Origin: Macrostomum hystrix
Taxonomy: Eukaryota > Animalia > Platyhelminthes
Assembly: GCA_950097015.1 (NCBI GenBank)
Contig: CATNEN010000007.1
Coordinates: forward strand, 7,502,001-7,566,000
Reading direction: 5' to 3'
Length of the DNA stretch: 64,000 nt
Shown here: piece by piece, positions 12,048 through 26,197 of the stretch
Position numbering within the stretch: the first letter of the stretch is position 1
How the letters are laid out: the number at the start of each line of letters is the position of its first letter
Made by a program: the position numbers and the translations under genes
The notes under the pieces: generated by a model
Seen by the model: the letters and a program-made list of their open reading frames with translations, nothing else
Databases searched by the model: none
What the model was told of the DNA's origin: nothing

Positions 12048-12800
12048 AATCTCAACCTGAGAGTGGATGCAGTGGATGGAATCTCAACCTAAGAGTAGAT
12101 GCAATGGATGGAATCTCAACCTGAGAGTAGATGTAGTGGATGGAATCTCAACCTGAGAGTGGATGTAGTGGATGGAGTCTCAGCCTGAGAGTAGATGCAG
12201 TGGATGGAATCTCAACCTGAGAGTGGATGCAGTGGATGGAGTCTCAACCTGAGAGTGGATGCAGTGGATGGAATCTCAACCTGAGAGTAGATGCAGTGGA
12301 TGGAGTCTCAGCCTGAGAGTAGATGCAGTGGATGGAGTCTCAGCCTGAGAGTAGATGCAGTGGATGGAATCTCAACCTGAGAGTAGATGCAGTGGATGGA
12401 ATCTCAACCTGAGAGTAGATGCAGTGGATGGAGTCTCAACCTGAGAGTGGATGCAGTGGATGGAATCTCAACCTGAGAGTGGATGCAGTGGATGGAGTCT
12501 CAACCTGAGAGTGGATGCAGTGAATGGAATCTCAACCTGAGAGTAGATGCAGTGGATGGAGTCTCAACCTGATAGTGGATGCAGTGGATGGAGTCTCAAC
12601 CTGAGAGTAGATGCAGTGAATGGAATCTCAACCTGAGAGTAGATGCAGTGGATGGAGTCTCAACCTGAGAGTGGATGCAGTGGATGGAGTCTCAACCTGA
12701 GAGTGGATGCAGTGGATGGAATCTCAACCTGATAGTGGATGCAGTGGATGGAATCTCAACCTGATAGTGGATGCAGTGGATGGAATCTCAACCTGAGAGT
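12048..12800. repeat. 32-bp intergenic minisatellite
   Basis: Unit tctcaacctgagagt(g/a)gatgcagtggatgga(a/g); about 23 copies. Confidence 0.95.
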
Positions 12801-13222
12801 TAGTGGGGTCTATGATACAAAATTACTATAATTATTGAGTAGAACAATAGTAAAAACTCTCCATTATAAATTTGTTAATTCAAACAAAAACATAATTTTC
12901 CATAATAATAATTAGTATAATTTCGTATTCTTATACTTTTTATTACTGAAAATCAATAAAAAAACTGGGAGAGGAAGAATGTTGTGTCACAGATACTACA
13001 TAGTCACAAGTCATAGTCATAGTCACAAGTTTACTACACAGTTGCCACTTGTAGGAGTAGCAATAGTAGCTTTTATCGCCTCATTTAGATGATAAAAAAG
13101 GCTATTGAGCTGATATAACACACGCTCAAGTATTAAAAGCTACAACAACTCAGCAGGCAATGAAAAATGGCTGTAGTGTACAAATAAACAAAAATGCGAA
13201 ATCTGCTTCAACAAGAGCAGTC

Positions 13223-15968
13223 TCAGTGCCTGGCAGCCTCCCGATTCGCGGCCATGATGGCAGCCAGCCGGCGCTTCGTTGCCAGGACCTCATTCTTGTC
13301 CTGACGCACCTGCGCAGCGCTGAAGCGGATGTCCTGCGGCGCGGCGCCGCCCCCGCCGCCATCACCGCCTCCGCTTCCTCTACGACGAGTCGACGAGGCG
13401 GCCGACAAGGTCGAGGATGTGGAAGATGGTGTCTGATGCCTGGACGAAGTTGACCAGGCGTTCTGACGTGGCTGCGATGGCGGTGGCTGCTGCTGCTGCG
13501 GCTGTTGCTGCGGCAGCTGTGTCGGAGGCAGCTTCACTGGTGGACGCGGCGGCTGCTGCCGCAGCTCTGCGGCCTCAGCCAAACTCGGCTGGATGTGCAG
13601 GCTGAGCAGCTGCTGGCGAGCCTGGCCGAGCGCCTCCGTCAGCTCGAATCGCTCCTCGCACTCGCGCCGGACCGTCTCCTGCAGCATGCGCACCTCCTCG
13701 CGGGCCTGCGATAGGGCCGCTTCCAGCCGCTGCCGCTCGGCCGCTGCAGCCCGGGCAGCCTCCACCGCGCGCGCCGCCTCCATAGCCCTGGCAGCCTCCC
13801 CGGCGCGCCGCTCGGCCGCCGCTCCTGCCGACTCTGCCGCTGCCTCCGCCGCTCTGGCGCGGCGCTCCGCCTCGGTGGCGCGACGCTCTGCGGCTTCTGC
13901 TCCGCGCCGCAACCGGTCGGCTTCTGCCTCCGCCTCCTGACGGGTGCGGCGGAGCAGCTCGTCGTTCTTCTCTTTCTGAATCGTCCGCTCGGCGCGCCAG
14001 TCAGCCTCGAGGCGATCCCGCAGGTCGCGCTGAGCTGCCTCCGAGCGATGACGCTCCTCCGACAACTGCTGCTCCAACTGGTGGGAAAAGGAAATTGGAT
14101 TGGCTCTGTGAAACTCCCGCTTTACCTCTACTTACTGAACCTACCCTCCCTACTTCCCTACTCAGCCATGCGCTCACCTTGGCCGGCCAGCCGTCAGCCT
14201 CCAGCAGCCGATTCTTGTAGCTGTCCTTCAGCTGCTCAATCCTGGCCTGGTGGGCTTTGATCATCATCTCCCGCTCGGCGCTGAGCTGCTCAAGCCGGGC
14301 CTCGGCGGCCTCAGATCTCTGGCGTTGTTTCTCTGCAAAGTGGAAAGTAGAAATACTTTTGCATGAAACTCAGCCTTCTACAGGTAAAAATTAAAAAACA
14401 CAGGACAGAAGCAAGCGCCCACCTTGACTGCTGGAGCTGCTTGTCTCAGCCTGGCGCTGCCTGGCCAGAGCCTCGTCCAGCCGAGCTTGCAGAGACTCGG
14501 CCGCAGCCTGCTGCTCGCGCAGCTGATTGCGCAGCTCGGCTTGCACCGACGCGGCCTCGGTGGCCGATCGTTGAAGGTTGCTAATTCGGCTGACAGTGTC
14601 AGCCAGCTCCGACTGAAGGCGACTGTGAAATTCGAGTACAAATGATGCTTTGGATTTCTTTTTTTGTTTCTGCGAACGAAAAAGGACTTTAAGGTAAGAC
14701 TTTTGTTTTACTACTTTCAATAACGACGAATTCCGGGTTTTTGTTCTCGAAATATCAACGTATACGAGCATTAAATACAGTATATACGAGCGTATCATTC
14801 TTATACGATTATTTGATAAACGTTTTTCCCGTTTTCGAAATGGTGCAAAAACTTAATTCACTCTTCGTGGAGCCTAAAATACAACAAATTTAATCAACTC
14901 GCACTAAAGGGAAAAATTTCACACTAAAATGTGCGAACGTGACACAATGATAAAAACACACAGCATTCCCTGAAACCTGAGCAGTCTTACCGTGCTCATC
15001 GATTGAAGAGACTTGAATGAAATGATGCAAAATACATAAGTTCATAATTATTGGATTACCGATTAAGGTAATAAAAGACACGTTTTTAGAATTCTACTAA
15101 ATTCTTTGTCAACGAAAATAAAAGACATGCACACTCACGTATTGTCGGCCTTGAGTGAGTCGGCTGCTGTGGTGGCGTCTCGATGGCGCCTGTCGGCCTC
15201 AGCCAACTGGCTGGAAAGGCGCTCCAGCTCCAGCGACTTCGCTGCGGCCTCTGCGGCAGCCGACTGTTGGTCGGCGCTGGCCAGACTGCGGGCTGCCTCC
15301 AGTTGGGTGGCCAGCTCGGCGACTCGAGCTTCCTGACTGCGGCCCGCCTTTGCCACTTGAGTTTCAGTGTTTTTTATAATGCTTTACTTTCAGTTCTTTT
15401 AAGGCACTTGAAAAGCATAGGGAATAATCGGGAAAAGCTTACTAGCTTCGGCTATTTTAACTGCCGCATCGCGACAAGCGGAGATCGATGAGTCACGTGA
15501 TGCCATCGCCAACTCGCGCAGCTCGGCGAGTTCTGCGCGTAGAAGGCGAGCCGCCTCCATGGCGCCAGCAGCGGAGCGGCCCTGACTGGCGCTACGGGCG
15601 GCTTCCGCATCGTGACGCGCAGCCTTCGATTTCAACGCTTCAGCCGCTGCGGCCTCCAACTTGGATTCGAGCGCCTCCCGACGCTCGCGCTCAGCCGCCA
15701 ACTCGGCCTCTGCAGTCGCCAGACGCTCCGCTAGTCGCTTCTCGCGCTCCACAGCGCCTCGATGGTGCTCCAGCTCGGCCAGGGCGGCATGCATGCGCGC
15801 TTCCAGCGCCTTCATTTCTGAGTGGATCAGGTAGGAGACGCCGCAGAATTTGCAGACGGTGTCGTCGCGCGGCATCTCGCGCAGCTCGTCGGGCAAGGGG
15901 TGCTGCGGCCGGTAGGCGAGTGCCGGCTGCACCGACGCTGCCGAGGATGACGACGGCTCGTGCGTCAT
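13223..15968 (-). CDS. LEKR1: LEKR1-like coiled-coil protein
   Basis: N-terminal HPLPDELREMPRDDTVCKFCGVSYLIHSEMKALE, then EREMMIKAHQARIEQLKDSY and LQETVRRECEERFELTEAL, which I recognise as LEKR1-family motifs. Exons 15968-15443, ~15355-15139 (acceptor uncertain), 14622-14423, 14332-14178 and 14077-13223. Confidence 0.75.
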
Positions 15969-18628
15969 CGGCTAAAAGCTGGTAAAAAGACGCGTCGATT
16001 ATAATTATATTATAATTAAATTATAATTAAAATTCATGTACAGCTACATATTTATATGCATAGATAAAATAAGCATAACTTATATTACTTTGTATAGTTA
16101 TGCTAATTTATTTCATATGTATGTGATATTTTAATATCTGAATTTAAGACAATATTGTTAGACGAAGGGCAAAATAGCTAAAATAACATTTTTTGGTGAT
16201 TACTGGTATCAAAAGACAAAATGGTAACCAAAGCCATAATCAAAATAAGACAGCAAAAAAAGTTGAAAACTGTGGATGCACAAGATTACTGTTTACTTTG
16301 TCTCTGTCTAATGTAATTTCTTCAAATCATTTATTCTATCTAAGATTTTTTTAATTCTGAATACTCAAGACAAATTATGTGCGTATGGCAATAATAGGCA
16401 GTTATTTTCTTATACTTAAATTTTTTAATGCACTTTTTATTTATGCTGCTAGGGCAGCAAGTTAAAATAACAGAACGGTAACATGCAACAAAAACAATGA
16501 AACAAACAAACTATGCTAGCCTTTAAATTTCAGGCTTAATTTTTGTGTTATTGTTTGTCAATTTGTTTTCCAAGTAGTAAATCTGTTTTACGTTATTAAA
16601 ATTAAGAAAAGAAATGTTTATGCCATTATGGTCAGAATATGTACATTTATTTTTATGGCCTCGTAAAAGGCGTAGTAGGTTTTAACGTTTTAAAATCTTA
16701 ATCACAACTGCAAGATACCTAAAGATCTTTTAATGTGTTGGATATTGTATGGGTGCATTATTGTGTATTGATTATATTAATATAACTTTTTATTTTTATA
16801 ACTGTTATCCATCGTAAGGTGCCGAAAAAAACTATGGTATGCTGGTAATTTAAAACCATAAAAGGACGCGACTTGAAAAAAGTAACTGTAAAATCTATGA
16901 AAAATTATAAGCAATAATTTAATTAAAAAATTCTATCTTTAAAGTTTCATAACAAAAAAATTAGAAAAAACGGAACAACATGCTACTTTTTGTTAAACTA
17001 ATATAGATAGTCTGACGAAGTCCGTTACTTTTAACTCACAAGCTAATCTACCATAAACTACGAGTACTATAATTTCTGTTGGGTTACTGTCAATCTCTCA
17101 AGCAAAATATTGATCCCCACCGTAAACTATTTGAGCCTTTTAATCTGCAGTTGTATATCAAACTTAGTCAATCATCGCACATGGACAAATAAAGTACAAA
17201 CAGTACAAATAAAGAGTTACTTGTACTGCGCCTGAGTCATGTTATCGCAACTTTATGTTAATGCAAAATTTAACCCTTTTGTAGAAGATAATATTTCAGA
17301 CGAATGTATTAGTCTACTTCGGAACACTATGAAAGCCTAGCTGAGAAATGAACTAAATCGCGCCAATTAAAGAATGTAAATTTTAAGCAGCGCAAAGTCT
17401 TCTAGTTAGTTCTATGTCGCTTATTTTCCAGGCAAAAAGGAAAATGTGATCGAAATATGAGGAAAAGTTTTCTTTTCCAGCGCAACTTGAAAGTCTCCGA
17501 CCTTCGCAGCTACTTAAAGAGCTGAGAGCTCAGTTTTATATAATGACGAGCTATTACAAGTCCCAATTACAAGGCTTTTATCTATAATTATAGGTGGCAT
17601 GGAGCTTAAAATGTATTTTACCTGATTCAAAGCAACTGCAGCATTTTGATAATTTTTTTCTCTTTGCCTGCTAAGAAGGTTACGATAGAAGTGATTCAAT
17701 ACTTGCTATAAAAACCTGATATCCCATGTTATTTTAAGCTCGCTCTTGAAATTCAGCCGATGGTGTCTTGTTGTTAAACCTCTGGGTCATAAGTATGAAG
17801 CTCTAACTACTGGGCTAGTAGCATCGAAGGGTTAAATATATGGCACATCTTTCGCAGACCGAAAATAAATAACACAAACAACGGCATGCAACAATGGAAC
17901 TATTATAAAGAACACAACAAGCGGAAGGGAACAAATGTGGCTCCTAACAAGGCGGAGCATTATTTCTTCTTAAAAACTAAACAAGTATTAAATTTAGTAT
18001 TTCATTTTATCTTGTCTCATTTTAGTTGACATTAACCGGGCTTACAGAGACAAATAGGTTCACCAAACCGGCAGACTGCCAGGTTTGAAAATGGCTAGTA
18101 AAGCAGTTAAAAAGATGCCTATTACTTTGTTAGCAGCTCGTAGAAAAATCATCAACACTTGCTCAGTTGAACTAAAATCAAAGCTATGGCGACAATAACA
18201 ACACTCATTTTAAGTAACGAATACCGACTTATTAATGTACGTTGAATTAAAACAATTATAAAAATGCTTGCCGAAAATTTGCGGCCTATAGGCACGGATA
18301 CTATTGATAGTAGCGTCACAGGCGCACATAGACATAGCCTGGCCAACTAAAATCTTATTGGCATAGATCTTTTCATTCCCCAAATATACTTACTGATCAA
18401 GTCAATTTATCATTGGCTTTTAGAGATCAAACTTTTTCTAAGAAATAAACACATTCTTAGAAATACTGTCAAACCATTAAAGTTACCGTCCAGGGAATGC
18501 AAGATCTATGTGGTGCTTATAGGATAGAACAATAAAATATACTACAAAAATTATTAGAACGAATCAGTGAAATGTCAGGTAAATCGCCTAGAACTGGCCG
18601 AGAGGCGAGCAAGAGGAACAGAGGACAA

Positions 18629-21600
18629 CTACTTGCGGAAGATCTTTTGCAGGATTAGCAGCTCAGCTGGATCGTCCATGTTCATTGGCTTAATCTGAGT
18701 GCCTGCGGATTAGTAAGAATTATTATTTCAGTTAATACTTGTGGTTATTAAAATAAGTTCGGCATTCTCCCAGACACGATGAACCAAAAATGTAAAACAA
18801 AGGACAATAAATTACTCCAGAATGACTGCTAATGACCAGATGAAGATAATGACAGATTGACTGAATGACCAGATGGAGATAATGACTGACTGACTGAATG
18901 ACCAGATGGAGATAATGACTGACTGACTGAATGACCAGATGGAGATAATGACTGACTGACTGAATGACCAGATGGAGATAACGACTGACTGACTAAATGA
19001 CCAGATGAAGATAATGACAGATTGAATTAATGACCAGACGGAGGTATTAACCGACTGACTAAATGATCAGATGGAGATAATGACCGATTGACTGAATGAC
19101 CAGATGGAAATAATGACTGACTGACTGAATGACCAGATGGAGATAATGACTGACTGACTGAATGAACAGATGGAGATAATGACTGACTGACTGAATGACC
19201 AGATGGAGATAATGACTGACTGACTGAATGACCAGATGGAGATAATGACTGACTGACTGAATGACCAGATGGAGATAACGACTGACTGACTGAATGACCA
19301 GATGAAGATAATGACTGACTGACTGAATGACCAGATGGAGATAATGACTGACTGACTGAATGACCAGATGGAGATAATGACTGACTGACTGAATGACCAG
19401 ATGGAGATAATGACTGACTGACTGAATGACCAGATGGAGATAATGACTGACTGACTGAATGATCAGATGGAGATAATGACCGATTGACGGAATGACCAGA
19501 TGGAGATAATGACTGACTGACTGAATGTTCAGATGGAGATAATGACCGATTGACTGAATGACCAGATGGAGATAATGACTGACTGACTGAATGACCAGAT
19601 GGAGATAATGACTGACTGACTGAATGACCAGATGGAGATAATGACTGACTGACTGAATGACCAGATGGAGATAATGACCGATTGACTGAATGACCAGATG
19701 GAGATAATGACTGACTGACTAAATGACCAGATGAAGATAATGAGCGATTGAATTAATGACCAGACGGAGGTATTGACCAATTGACTTAATGATCAGATGG
19801 CGGGAATGACTAATGACTAAATGACCAGATGGGGTTGATAACCAATGGACTAAAAAACCAGATGGGGTTAATGACGAATGAACTAAATGACAAAGGGGAG
19901 AAAAACCCCAATAAAGCTTACTGAAGTGCTTCTCAATGAGCTTCAGATTGCGCTCGTCAGTTTCGTTTACAACGAAGCTCAGGCCGATGCCCTTCTTGCC
20001 AAAGCGGCCAGCACGGCCTATTCGGTGCAGATAGGTCTCGTAATCCGGACTGCCGTCTCGCATCACAGGTAGCTCCCAGTTGATGACGACATTTACCTGG
20101 AACATTTATTTAGTCAAATAATTACTTGATATCGGCCGTTAGCATTAGGCTCGAAAAGCCGCTGCTGATTTGACTAGTTTAGCTACTAACAGTAGCGAGC
20201 TAAGTATAAAGCGAATGTTTAAATTAGAATACAAATGCAGACCACGGCTCACCTGGGCAATATCGATACCGCGCGCCAGCACATTGGTGGTGATGAGGAT
20301 GCGCACCTCAGAGTTGCGATATCGTCGAATGATGCTGGCCCGATCGGAGATCTCCATCTGGCCGTGCAGCACCAGGCTGTCGTGTCCGTCTGATTTTAGG
20401 CGCCGCTGCAGATTTTCGGCCTCCCGGCGGCTCTGGCAGAACACCTGGTCAGATGGTTAAAGTGTCAAAGTATACTTGGCGTTTGAAATGAATAGCCCAA
20501 ATTAAATTTGTTTTAACTAGACTCAGTTTAAGTTGATTTTTTACTTTGTTAATTCAAACTTCGACTGAAATTTTTTGAGTAATTTTTTAAAGTTAAAATA
20601 ACCAAATGAAGTTAATGGCTAATTTTGTCGATAACTGTTTATTAGGCATGCATTCAAAGTTTTATAGTTATTAGCTAATAAAAATTTGATTCATGTTTCA
20701 AAATACAAAAAATATTCGCGTTTTCTAAGAAACATACAAACTCGACTTGATAAAAGTAAACTCACCATGCACTGGGCCAGTCCAAACAGACCAAAGGTGA
20801 GCGTCACGTACTGATATTTGATGTCAATGCTAGTTGGCCTGGCTACAATCTGCATCAGGTTGTTCAGCGTGAGCTCCTGCCTCTTCAATCGAATTGTGGC
20901 AGCTTCTGGTACTACGGTGCGAGCGAATTCCACCACGGGCTCCTCGAAGGTGGCCGAGAATAGCAGGATCTGGCAGCTGGAGCTCAGCTGGCGTGAAAGG
21001 CGTACGGAAATGTCACGAAACGACTGCTGATCAATTAGTACGTCGGCTTCGTCGAGGACAAACACGCGCAGCTTTGCCAGGTTGATGATGCGATAGCGCA
21101 TCACCCAGTCCTGCAATGGATGGTTAATATATGAAATATTACTCAGTTGAGCAAGAGTACAGCTACTGGCACAGCCGCAGCTATTGTGCGACGCCTCCAA
21201 ACGCTGTCTACAGCAGCTGTTTAGTCAATAGAATGCAAGCAACCACACTTACCGAATTTCTAAAACTATTGCTATATGGAAACTGATTCTCTACGTTATC
21301 CGTGCGCGTGTGTGCTCAGGAGTAAGCGAAATGGGAAGAATTGCCTTCCCGCTGCTGCGGTCTAGTGTCAACGAATGATGAGCCAATTCCTGCAGCCCTC
21401 CTGCAATTCTTATTATTGTTTTTCTACCTTGGGGTCCGATTCGAAATCGCGACCTAGCTCTAACCACTAACCAAGTTACTCCTTTCACTATTCACTAATT
21501 GCTTTCCCATGTAAAACGGCGAGAGTAATGTACACATTTAGACTCGTAAATGCTTCTTTATATAAACACCATATTTTTACCATCTGTCTAGAATGGACAG

Positions 21601-22484
21601 CTGTGAGCATAGAAACAAAGATTCTCATGATTGCATAAGGAACTGAATAGATTACCTGAGCAGTGCCTGGTGTTGCAATCAGTATATGATGATCGCTGTA
21701 CGAATCGCGCGTATACTTCTCCTCCCTAGTGGCATAGCCAATCTTCACCTCCGGCATGTAGGCCGCCATGCGCTTGCAGACTTCGCCAATCTGTTTAGCC
21801 AGCTCGAATGTGGGCGCCAAGCAGAGGCACTGGCAAAAGTGCTCAGCAGGATCCACCCGACTGAGCATAGTGAGCAGGAAGGCGGCGGTCTTGCCTGTGC
21901 CAGACTGGCTCTGCGCGATCATGTTGATCGGCGGATCAGCCACCAGGGCTGGCAGCGCCTTCTCTTGAATGCGCGATGGCCGGACGAAGCCCATCTGGTA
22001 GATGCCGCGGATCAGTTTAGGACTCAGGCTAAGCTGCTCAAACGCTTTCACAGAATGCAGCGGCGAGTCCGGGTTGAGCTGCTGCACTTCTAACTCGCCT
22101 TCTAGCACATCTAACAGGCCGCCGCTGCCGACCAGCTTGGACATTGCGGCCAGCTCCCTGTTGCTAGCAGCTGAGGATGTGAGGCATTGGGAAGCAGATG
22201 TAATAGTTAAAATGGCTAGCTATTTCCATGTTGGAGAGAACAGTCAAAAAGTTATGCAGAATAGAAAAAAATGAAGGACTTACGCAGATCTACATCTTCG
22301 TCTCCCCTGGCTCCAATGCCGGCCTACAATGAACATTTTGGGCGTAAAATGTTTTGTCGTTTAAACGAGGGAGGTATATATAAAGCTCTAATTAGAATAG
22401 GAAGATTCTTAATTCAAGAAAAGCTTTGAAATTTAGACTTACGCGGCGATTCTCGTCGCGCTCAATATCATTTAGTAAGCTCAT
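18629..22484 (-). CDS. DDX19: DEAD-box RNA helicase of the DDX19/DDX25 (Dbp5) family
   Basis: Exons 22484-22443, 22323-22284, 22170-21656, 21110-20766, 20444-20253, 20096-19922 and 18702-18629, with consistent phases. Motifs SPLHSVKAFEQL, PSRIQEKALP (Q), AQSQSGTGKTAAF (I), APTFELA (Ia), TPGT (Ib), DEAD (II), SAT (III), ARGID (V), DYETYLHRIGRAGRFG (VI). DDX19 and DDX25 cannot be told apart here. Confidence 0.92.
18833..19890. repeat. 33-bp minisatellite in the last DDX19 intron
   Basis: Unit gaatgaccagatggagataatgactgactgact, degenerating at both ends. Confidence 0.95.
21300..21420 (+). mobile_element. 3' fragment of SINE family B in a DDX19 intron
   Basis: caggagtaagcgaaatgggaagaattgcc...gtctagtgtca...gccctcctgcaattcttattatt matches 24795-24900. 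Confidence 0.6.
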
Positions 22485-24481
22485 GGCTGTGTTGCGCTGA
22501 AAATGTCAAATGCAATAATTAATAAACTTTTATCATAAGGCAAAACCAAATCAATAAGTTAAATCTGCAGAGGATTCATTAGTCTTGTGAGTCACTTAGT
22601 TATTAGGCTTAGTAACTAGTTTCCACTCCCTTGACTAGTTAGACATCGCCGCTGTATGGTTTAGCTTAGTCCCTTAGTTATGGTTTTCTTAGTTAGTAAT
22701 TAGTTGGTGTCTTAAGGGTGTCAGTATAGGAAGACCGTGGCCGGTATTTCCACGTTTTTTCCATGGTAGTTTGGCACGACCACGGAATTTCTGCCTGCCT
22801 GAATCCTTCCAGCCAATGCTCCCGCCAGTGGCAGAGCAGGGCGGGGTCCAAACAGTCTATAAATACGCAACACCTGAGAGGCCTGCGGAAGCGAGCGCAC
22901 CAGCCGGTGGCCGGCCGCGGAGTCAAAGTCTTGAGGTTGGGCAAGCTATAACCTGACTAAAGGTTGCATTTAGATAAGCGATTCCTTTAGACTTTAGGGA
23001 ACCTAAGGTTACGTTTGGACAAGCGTTTCATTATAAGGCATTCAGGTTACGTTTGGATAAAAGTTTCCTCCGGTTAAATTAGTTTCAGGAGAATCTTTTG
23101 GATAAGAGATCTACTACTGAATTAGTGTCTAGCCAGAGTTAAGACTACTTTTGGATAAGAGTAGACCAACAATCTCCATAAGCTACAGGAAGTCTCTTGG
23201 ATATGAGACTCATTCCTGTGTTAGATCAGTTAGTTCTGGAAGTCAACCCTTGGATAAGGGTTAATTCCTAAGGTCCTTTCTAGGCAAGCCTTAGTAGCTC
23301 CATTCGCAGCACTGATTTCTGTGTGGAACTTGTCCCCAGACAATTGTCATCAAGTCTTGACTTTCAGGTGGTAATTATTATTTTCTAATTGGTCCAAGGC
23401 AAGAGAAGACAATAAACCCTTCTGACTGGCAACAACCCTACTGCTTATTTCAGGAGCTTGTCTTCAGATTGGAGACATCATCTCTTTTTTCTCTAAATTC
23501 GAAACTCACACATAACACCTTTTAATTCGGCTTTATGCTTACCACTTTTGTTTAAATAACTAAGGGGACACACCACACTATCAAGGGCCCAGTGCATACA
23601 TGTGCAACACCCGGCCGACCCGGCCGAACCGGCCAGGTGAAACAAGGGCCAAGCAAGGTAAGTCGCAAAAACCAATAGACCAAGCGCAAAAAAATCAAAG
23701 GGGGGACCAAGGGACAAAAAAGGAAGGCGTGAAGAAAAGGAAAAAGGGGAGAGAAAAAGAGAGCAAATGAGAGCAAACTAATTCGTAAATAGAGCAATGA
23801 AACGAACTAAGTCACAAATGAGAGCAAAAACTAAGTCACATGGCTGGCCAAGATTTGGGAGGTTGCACATGTATGGCCCAGTGGCACATGCAACACACTT
23901 AGTGAACCAAACTGAAAGAGGTGCTCAACAGAAGAGCTGTTAAACAACTGATTGGTGCTTCTGCACCTTAGGGAACAGACTCAGTCACCTTGGCAGACTA
24001 GGCATGTCACTTTGTAGTGACAAGTTGGAAGGACTGTCTGTTCTTCTGAAGAATTCTGTTTTTAATTATGTAGATATAGTTAGTCCATACACACTAGGTG
24101 TTTATTCATACAATATTATAGTTATTGAGTTATTGGATAGATTTCATTTTGCTGCAGACTAGAAGTCTAGGTTTAGCAGCTGTCTTAGTGGTGTCTATTT
24201 CCTTTCTATTTACACTTGAATTTGATGATTGGGGTATATCTAACTATTTTAAAATGTGGCAAATCTAATGATAATGTTGCTAAGTACTGTGTTATCATAT
24301 AATAGCAATGTTATAAGTAATCAAGACAATACTTATAAGATTAAAAGCATAGAGAGGAACAAAGGACTACTTAATTTAAGAGACAGGCAGGAAAAATTAA
24401 GAGAATTTGATAAATTGTATTAGTTATATTTGGATATGTGTCCATTGAACCCACTGTAGAAAGTTTGGCTTACATAGCTGA

Positions 24482-24911
24482 AGGGGGTCAGTGGCAGAGC
24501 AGTTATCCCCTTTGCCTCTCGCACCATGGTCCCTAAGTTTGATTCCACAGTGAGGCCACATTTATTTGGGCCTTAGTTCTGGCCTAGGCCCAAACTCAAG
24601 TGTTTCTTAAATTAATTGACTGGAGGGTACAGACACAGAGAGAAGGCTTGGGGGCTTGTCATACAATTTATGCCATTGTGGGCCAACCTCCAAGGCATAG
24701 GTAAATATACACTGACTGACGATGAGAAAGTCAGGGCAGATATACACACCTGTGTGAGTGTATGCTTGCATATAGTATCTATGTGCGTGTGTGCTTAGGA
24801 GTCAGCAAAATGGGCAGAATTGCCTCCTTGCTCACTGCGAGTCTAGTGTCACTAAATCATGTGCCACTGCCCAGAGCCCTCCTACAATTATTATTATTAT
24901 TTATTATTATT
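24482..24911 (+). mobile_element. tRNA-derived SINE (family B)
   Basis: Degenerate A/B boxes (agtggcagagcag; gtttgattcc) and an (ATT)n tail. Homologous to the minus-strand copy at 42715-43060 and the fragment at ~21300-21420. Confidence 0.65.
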
Positions 24912-25874
24912 ACATAGCTGAAAATCAATTGGAATATCATACTATTTCAGAAATATTTTGCTTCAATTTTTGTTACAATATATATACATGCATATAACAT
25001 ACATATATCATTATCTCTCATTCTATCACAAGCATATAAACTTTCTTTTGACCTATAAATAAACGAAAAAAAAGTTAATGAAAATATGTAAGACTTAAAT
25101 CAATCTGTTTAACTTCAGACCATTTTTTCATACTTAGACCAATAGCTAATTTTTGCAATCTTACCACATTTCCCTTATTTCCCTTGCCTTTTGCTATCAT
25201 ATTTTCTTTCCCTGAATTGTAATAGAGTTGGTACTACACTGTTATGAAAAAATGTGTAAGTAAGGTCCCAGGATATCAAAAACACAAATCCTAGTCTCGA
25301 ATTAAAGTTTAGAATCCAGTGCAAAAAATATAATTTAAAGAAAAAAATCTTGCTATAGTATTTATACTGAGCCAAGCCTGTACCTACACTTAGTCATTGA
25401 ACTAGGCCTAATTATTTGTATTCAGAATTTAAGAGTATAGGCCTAGTTAGCTAAAAACTATTTCTTTTTATATATAGACCAAGTTTCTTAAAAATTGTTA
25501 ATTTAAAGGCTATGCCAGTTGCCTATGCAAAAAAATAATTGACTGCAAAAGTCATATGTGTCTTTTCAAACAGGTTAAAATTTATAAGGCATTTCAAGGA
25601 AATAGCTGCTATAATATTTAAACTGCAAGTCTTGAGGTGTTGACGGGACAGCTTTGCAGTTAGCCTAGCAACACCTAACTGAACACTTTCAGTTTTAGTC
25701 AACACTTTTTGTGACATTTAGGGCCTAATTTCCCTTCTACCTTGTTCTTCTTTGTTATTTTCCTTTAGTTTCTTTGTTTTTCTTAGTTTCACCCCCTTTT
25801 TGTAGGCATTCTAGATTTTTTCTTATAAATCTGATAATTCCTTATAAGTCTGTTGCATGTTTAACAATCTTTAC

Positions 25875-26197
25875 CAGGGTTTTTTTCTGTCAAAAATGTG
25901 GATGCAAGCTTGCATATTAAGCTAAAAAAATTGATGCAAATATGAAAACCAGGATGCAACTTGCATCTAGGTCTAAATTTGCGAATTTTGTTGGGATGAA
26001 TAATTAATTATCTTATTGTTTCATTATTTACAATATATTTATAAATGATGTTTTGTTTGTAACTTTTGATAAAAAATGACTTGCATGCATCTTGATCTAA
26101 AAAATGCAGATGCACGAGTTGCATCCAGTGCCAAAAAAGTGGGTGCAAATCCAAATTTCAGGGTGTAAATTACACCCTAATTGCATAAAAAACCCTG
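25875..26197. mobile_element. hAT-like non-autonomous DNA transposon (MITE)
   Basis: Termini CAGGGTTTTTT...AAAAAACCCTG with 8-bp flanks atctttac / atccttac (1 mismatch). CAGGG ends and 8-bp TSDs are typical of hAT elements. Internal gatgcaa/ttgcatc motifs. Confidence 0.75.
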
